DNA from: an uncultured Bacteroidota bacterium
GTDB taxonomy: Bacteria > Bacteroidota > Bacteroidia > UBA4408
DNA length: 64,000 nucleotides
Assembly (NCBI GenBank): GCA_903840505.1
Contig: CAIMGI010000187.1
Location: forward strand, 18,812 to 82,811
Direction: 5' to 3'
The notes under the pieces were generated by a model, which did no database searches, was not told the DNA's origin, and saw nothing but the letters and a program-made list of their open reading frames with translations. Position numbers and translations under genes: made by a program. Below, piece by piece: positions 60,808 to 64,000 of the stretch; the stretch's first letter is position 1, and each line of letters opens with the position of its first letter.

Positions 60808-61326
60808 TTACTTCTTCTCAAACGTCAACGACTCCGAGTTAATACAATAACGTAAGCCCGTAGGTTTTGGTCCATCATCAAACACGTGACCCAGATGCCC
60901 GCCACATTTAGCGCACATTACTTCGGTACGCATCATTCCGTGACTTGAATCGGTTTTACTGATAATATTTTTTTCGGCAGCGGCTTCCGAAAAACTCGGC
61001 CATCCACAACCTGCATCAAATTTTGTTTGTGATGAGAATAAATAATTTCCACAAGCAGCACAATGGTACTCGCCTTTTTCATTGCTATCCCAAAACTTAC
61101 CCGTAAATGGACGTTCCGTTCCTTTTTGGCGCAATACATAAAATTGATCGGGCGTAAGTTGTTTTTGCCACTCTTCTTCTGTTTTTGTCACTTTGCTAGT
61201 GTCTGTCATAGGGCTTTTTTGCGTTTTAATAATTGTAGTTTGTGTGTTTTTATCGCTTGTTTGGCCTGTGCAGGCAACAAAAAATAGCAATAAAACACCT
61301 AAAAAGGCTTGTTGTTTAGTTTTCAT
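60808..61326 (-). CDS. msrB: Peptide-methionine (R)-S-oxide reductase MsrB (lipoprotein form)
   Basis: Signal peptide plus lipobox (FFVACTG). Two CxxC zinc motifs and the GCGWPSF / RYCINS catalytic motifs are present. Confidence 0.85.
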   Translation of the reverse strand: MKTKQQAFLGVLLLFFVACTGQTSDKNTQTTIIKTQKSPMTDTSKVTKTEEEWQKQLTPDQFYVLRQKGTERPFTGKFWDSNEKGEYHCAACGNYLFSSQTKFDAGCGWPSFSEAAAEKNIISKTDSSHGMMRTEVMCAKCGGHLGHVFDDGPKPTGLRYCINSESLTFEKK

Positions 61327-61465
61327 GCAATAATTTACGAAAAAGTTACACTTTTGGTTTTATCTAAAAAAACAACTTGTTAGGCGAAAGGTTTAGCCAT
61401 CAACTTGTGGGTTTAGTATAAAATTGTACTTTTACTCGTGTAAATCTATTATTTTTTTCGATTGT

Positions 61466-63265
61466 ATGGAGCAAAAGCCATTATTGGAAGTACGAAATTT
61501 GTGTACGGAGTTTAAGACAGAAGAGGAGATTGTTAAAGCAGTAGACGGTGTTTCTTTCACCCTTCATAAGGGGCAAACCATTGGTATTGTTGGTGAATCG
61601 GGCTCAGGAAAGTCGGTAACGTCACTTTCTGTAATGCGACTTATTCAAAGTCCTCCTGGACGAATCAGTGCCGGTGAAATGATGTTTCACTCAAGAAGTA
61701 AAGGTGTAATTGATTTATTAAAATTAAACGACAAGGAAATGCGCTCGTTAAGAGGCAATGAAATAGCGATGATATTTCAGGAGCCTATGACTTCGCTAAA
61801 CCCTGTTTTTACTTGTGGAAATCAGGTAATGGAAGCCATTATGCTTCACCAAAAAGTTGACAAAAAGGTAGCAAAAGAAAAAACCATCGATTTGTTTAAA
61901 TTGGTTGAATTGCCCCGACCGGAAAGTATTTTCGATACCTATCCGCATCAAATATCGGGTGGACAAAAGCAACGTGTAATGATTGCGATGGCGATGAGCT
62001 GTAACCCATCCATACTGATTGCCGATGAACCTACAACCGCTTTGGACGTAACAGTTCAAAAAACCATACTCGACTTAATGCGCGATTTGCAGTTAAAAGA
62101 AGAAATGGGAATATTATTTATTACACACGATTTGGGTGTAATTGCTGAATTGGCCGATAATGTGGTGGTAATGTACAAAGGGAAAATTGTGGAGCAGGGA
62201 AGTGTTTGGGATATTTTTGCAAACCCGCAACATCCTTATACCAAGGGACTTCTTGCTTGCCGACCACCATTAAACAAACGCTTACATTGGTTGCCAACAG
62301 TTTCTGATTTTATGCAAACCGATGATGCCGGTGCGATGACAGAAAGCAGCAAGTCGGTTGCTGAGGTTACCGATAAGTTGATAATTACAACCAAAGAAAG
62401 AGAAAAGAGACACTTGGATTTATATGCACAAGCACCCTTGTTGCAGATAAAAAACTTGAAAACATATTTTCCTATCAGCAAAGGCTTATTTGGAAAAGCC
62501 ACTGAATTTGTAAAAGCGGTTGACGATGTGAGTTTTGATGTATACCCTGGAGAAACACTTGGTTTGGTAGGTGAATCGGGCTGCGGAAAAACAACCTTGG
62601 GCAGAACCATACTTCGATTGGTTGAACCTACTTCCGGAGAAATAATATACAAGGGAACAAATGTTATTAAATTAAATAGTGCCGAAATGCGCAATATCCG
62701 TAAGGATGTTCAAATCATTTTTCAAGACCCTTATTCTTCTCTTAATCCGCGTATTACAATAGGCGAGGCCATTATTGAGCCTATGCAAGTACACGGAATA
62801 TTGGAGAATGACAAAGCACGCAAAGCACGGGTTATTGAGTTGTTGGAACGTGTAAATATGAAAGAAGCGCATTATTACAGATACCCACACGAATTTTCTG
62901 GCGGACAGCGTCAACGAATATGTATTGCTCGAGCATTGGCACTTCAGCCACAGTTTATTATTTGTGATGAGTCTGTATCTGCCCTTGACGTATCAGTTCA
63001 GGCACAAGTACTTAATTTGTTGAACGAATTGCGCGAGGAGTTTGGTTTTACCTATATCTTTATTTCACACGATTTGTCGGTTGTTAAATTTATGAGCGAC
63101 CGTATGTTGGTGATGAATAAAGGTAAAATTGAAGAGATGGGCGATTCTGATCAAATCTACTCTAACCCTCAAACAGAGTATACCAAAAAACTTATTGGAG
63201 CAATCCCTAAAGGCGAGTTAAACGATATTCAAGCGTCCATTAATCGCAAAAAAGTGTTGGCTTAG
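61466..63265 (+). CDS. ABC transporter ATP-binding protein with two fused nucleotide-binding domains (Dpp/Opp/YejF-like)
   Basis: Two Walker A motifs (GESGSGKS, GESGCGKT), two LSGGQ/SGGQRQR signatures and two Walker B motifs (ILIADEPT, FIICDES). Confidence 0.85.
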   Translation: MEQKPLLEVRNLCTEFKTEEEIVKAVDGVSFTLHKGQTIGIVGESGSGKSVTSLSVMRLIQSPPGRISAGEMMFHSRSKGVIDLLKLNDKEMRSLRGNEIAMIFQEPMTSLNPVFTCGNQVMEAIMLHQKVDKKVAKEKTIDLFKLVELPRPESIFDTYPHQISGGQKQRVMIAMAMSCNPSILIADEPTTALDVTVQKTILDLMRDLQLKEEMGILFITHDLGVIAELADNVVVMYKGKIVEQGSVWDIFANPQHPYTKGLLACRPPLNKRLHWLPTVSDFMQTDDAGAMTESSKSVAEVTDKLIITTKEREKRHLDLYAQAPLLQIKNLKTYFPISKGLFGKATEFVKAVDDVSFDVYPGETLGLVGESGCGKTTLGRTILRLVEPTSGEIIYKGTNVIKLNSAEMRNIRKDVQIIFQDPYSSLNPRITIGEAIIEPMQVHGILENDKARKARVIELLERVNMKEAHYYRYPHEFSGGQRQRICIARALALQPQFIICDESVSALDVSVQAQVLNLLNELREEFGFTYIFISHDLSVVKFMSDRMLVMNKGKIEEMGDSDQIYSNPQTEYTKKLIGAIPKGELNDIQASINRKKVLA

Positions 63266-63334
63266 TATTTCCTTTCTGATTTTTTACAGCTTTTTTACAT
63301 TGAATTTTTAGTAATTTAACAGCGGAATTTTTCT

Positions 63335-63898
63335 ATGAAAAACATTGCTGTATTTGCTTCCGGAAATGGGACTAACGCACATCAAATTATGCGCTATTTC
63401 GCTGGTAACAGTAAGGCAATGATTAGGCTTGTGATTACCAACAATGAAAAAGCCGGTATCATTCATAAATGCAAGCAAGAAGGTATTCCTTGTTTTGTGT
63501 TTCCAAAAGATAATTTTGTAACTCCCTATGCATTAATTACATTCTTAATTCAAAACAATATTGATTACATTGTTTTGGCGGGTTTTTTATTACAAATACC
63601 GCAAGCTTTGATTAAGGAATTCCCAAAAAAAATAATAAACATACACCCTGCCTTATTGCCTAAATTTGGAGGAAAGGGTATGTATGGAATAAATGTTCAT
63701 AAAGCAGTACTGGAAGCAGGAGAAAAGGAAACAGGAATTACCATACATTATGTGAATGAGCATTATGATAAAGGAGAAATTATTTTACAGCAAAAGTGTG
63801 CAATAACAGCAGGAGATACAGCAGAAAGTATCGGCTTGAAGGTGCAACAATTGGAGCACGAATATTATCCCGAAACATTAAAAAATATCATTAAATAA
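63335..63898 (+). CDS. purN: Phosphoribosylglycinamide formyltransferase
   Basis: N-terminal IAVFASGNGTN motif and HPALLPKFGG, the formyl-transferase SLLP-type motif. Length is 187 aa. Confidence 0.85.
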   Translation: MKNIAVFASGNGTNAHQIMRYFAGNSKAMIRLVITNNEKAGIIHKCKQEGIPCFVFPKDNFVTPYALITFLIQNNIDYIVLAGFLLQIPQALIKEFPKKIINIHPALLPKFGGKGMYGINVHKAVLEAGEKETGITIHYVNEHYDKGEIILQQKCAITAGDTAESIGLKVQQLEHEYYPETLKNIIK

Positions 63899-63903
63899 TA
63901 GCA

Positions 63904-64000
63904 ATGAAAAGAATTGTTACCTACAATGTAAACGGTATTCGTGCCGCACTGAGTAAAAATTGGATGGATTGGTTAAAAGCCGCAAATCCTGATGTAATTT
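63904..64000 (+). CDS. xth: Exodeoxyribonuclease III, N-terminal fragment (continues beyond window)
   Basis: MKRIVTYNVNGIRAAL... is the typical ExoIII/APE N-terminus. Only ~32 codons are present. Confidence 0.6.
   Translation, partial: MKRIVTYNVNGIRAALSKNWMDWLKAANPDVI

Overview
This 64-kb window is low-GC (roughly mid-30s %) and looks like a gliding Bacteroidota (Flavobacteriia/Sphingobacteriia-like) chromosome. The evidence is gldB-gldC, a SprE/PorW-like TPR lipoprotein, a PorT-like barrel, two T9SS C-terminal-domain cargo proteins, and TTG/GTG starts. Coding density is high, and I see no rRNA, no CRISPR array, and no transposase or integrase.

About half of the window is housekeeping. These genes are NifU-like plus Mrp/ApbC, corA, rsmI, sucA-sucB, asd, pyk, an M42 peptidase, a GNAT, ansA, kynU, a crotonase, recX, an MFS transporter, a YyaL-like thioredoxin protein, gmd-fcl, a WecA-like transferase, msrB, a twin-NBD ABC ATPase, purN, and a partial xth.

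The most interesting regions are the following.
- 32.1-38.3 kb: directly downstream of a tRNA-Ala(GGC) and a ~700-bp non-coding AT-rich stretch, a same-strand four-gene operon that reads like a chaperone-usher-type fibre system. It encodes a secreted two-Ig-like-domain protein, two paralogous small secreted subunits with a donor-strand-like N-terminus, and a 1176-aa outer-membrane barrel with two carboxypeptidase-regulatory-like domains and a SPOR-like C-terminus. A four-FKBP-domain PPIase follows. No characterised Bacteroidota pilus type looks like this.
- 18.3-23.7 kb: an operon encoding a TPR-like hypothetical protein, a 1131-aa membrane-anchored K/E/Q-rich coiled-coil protein (DUF4175-like) and an RsbW-like serine kinase. 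Elsewhere in the window there is a 1071-aa beta-propeller sensor fused to a PP2C/SpoIIE phosphatase.
- 24.45-25.37 kb: a very basic lipoprotein built from two sets of tandem repeats.
- 53.7-60.8 kb: a polysaccharide locus with two paralogous Wzi-like outer-membrane barrels flanking the wecA-like gene.

All functional calls come from motifs I could read in the translations. No database searches were run.
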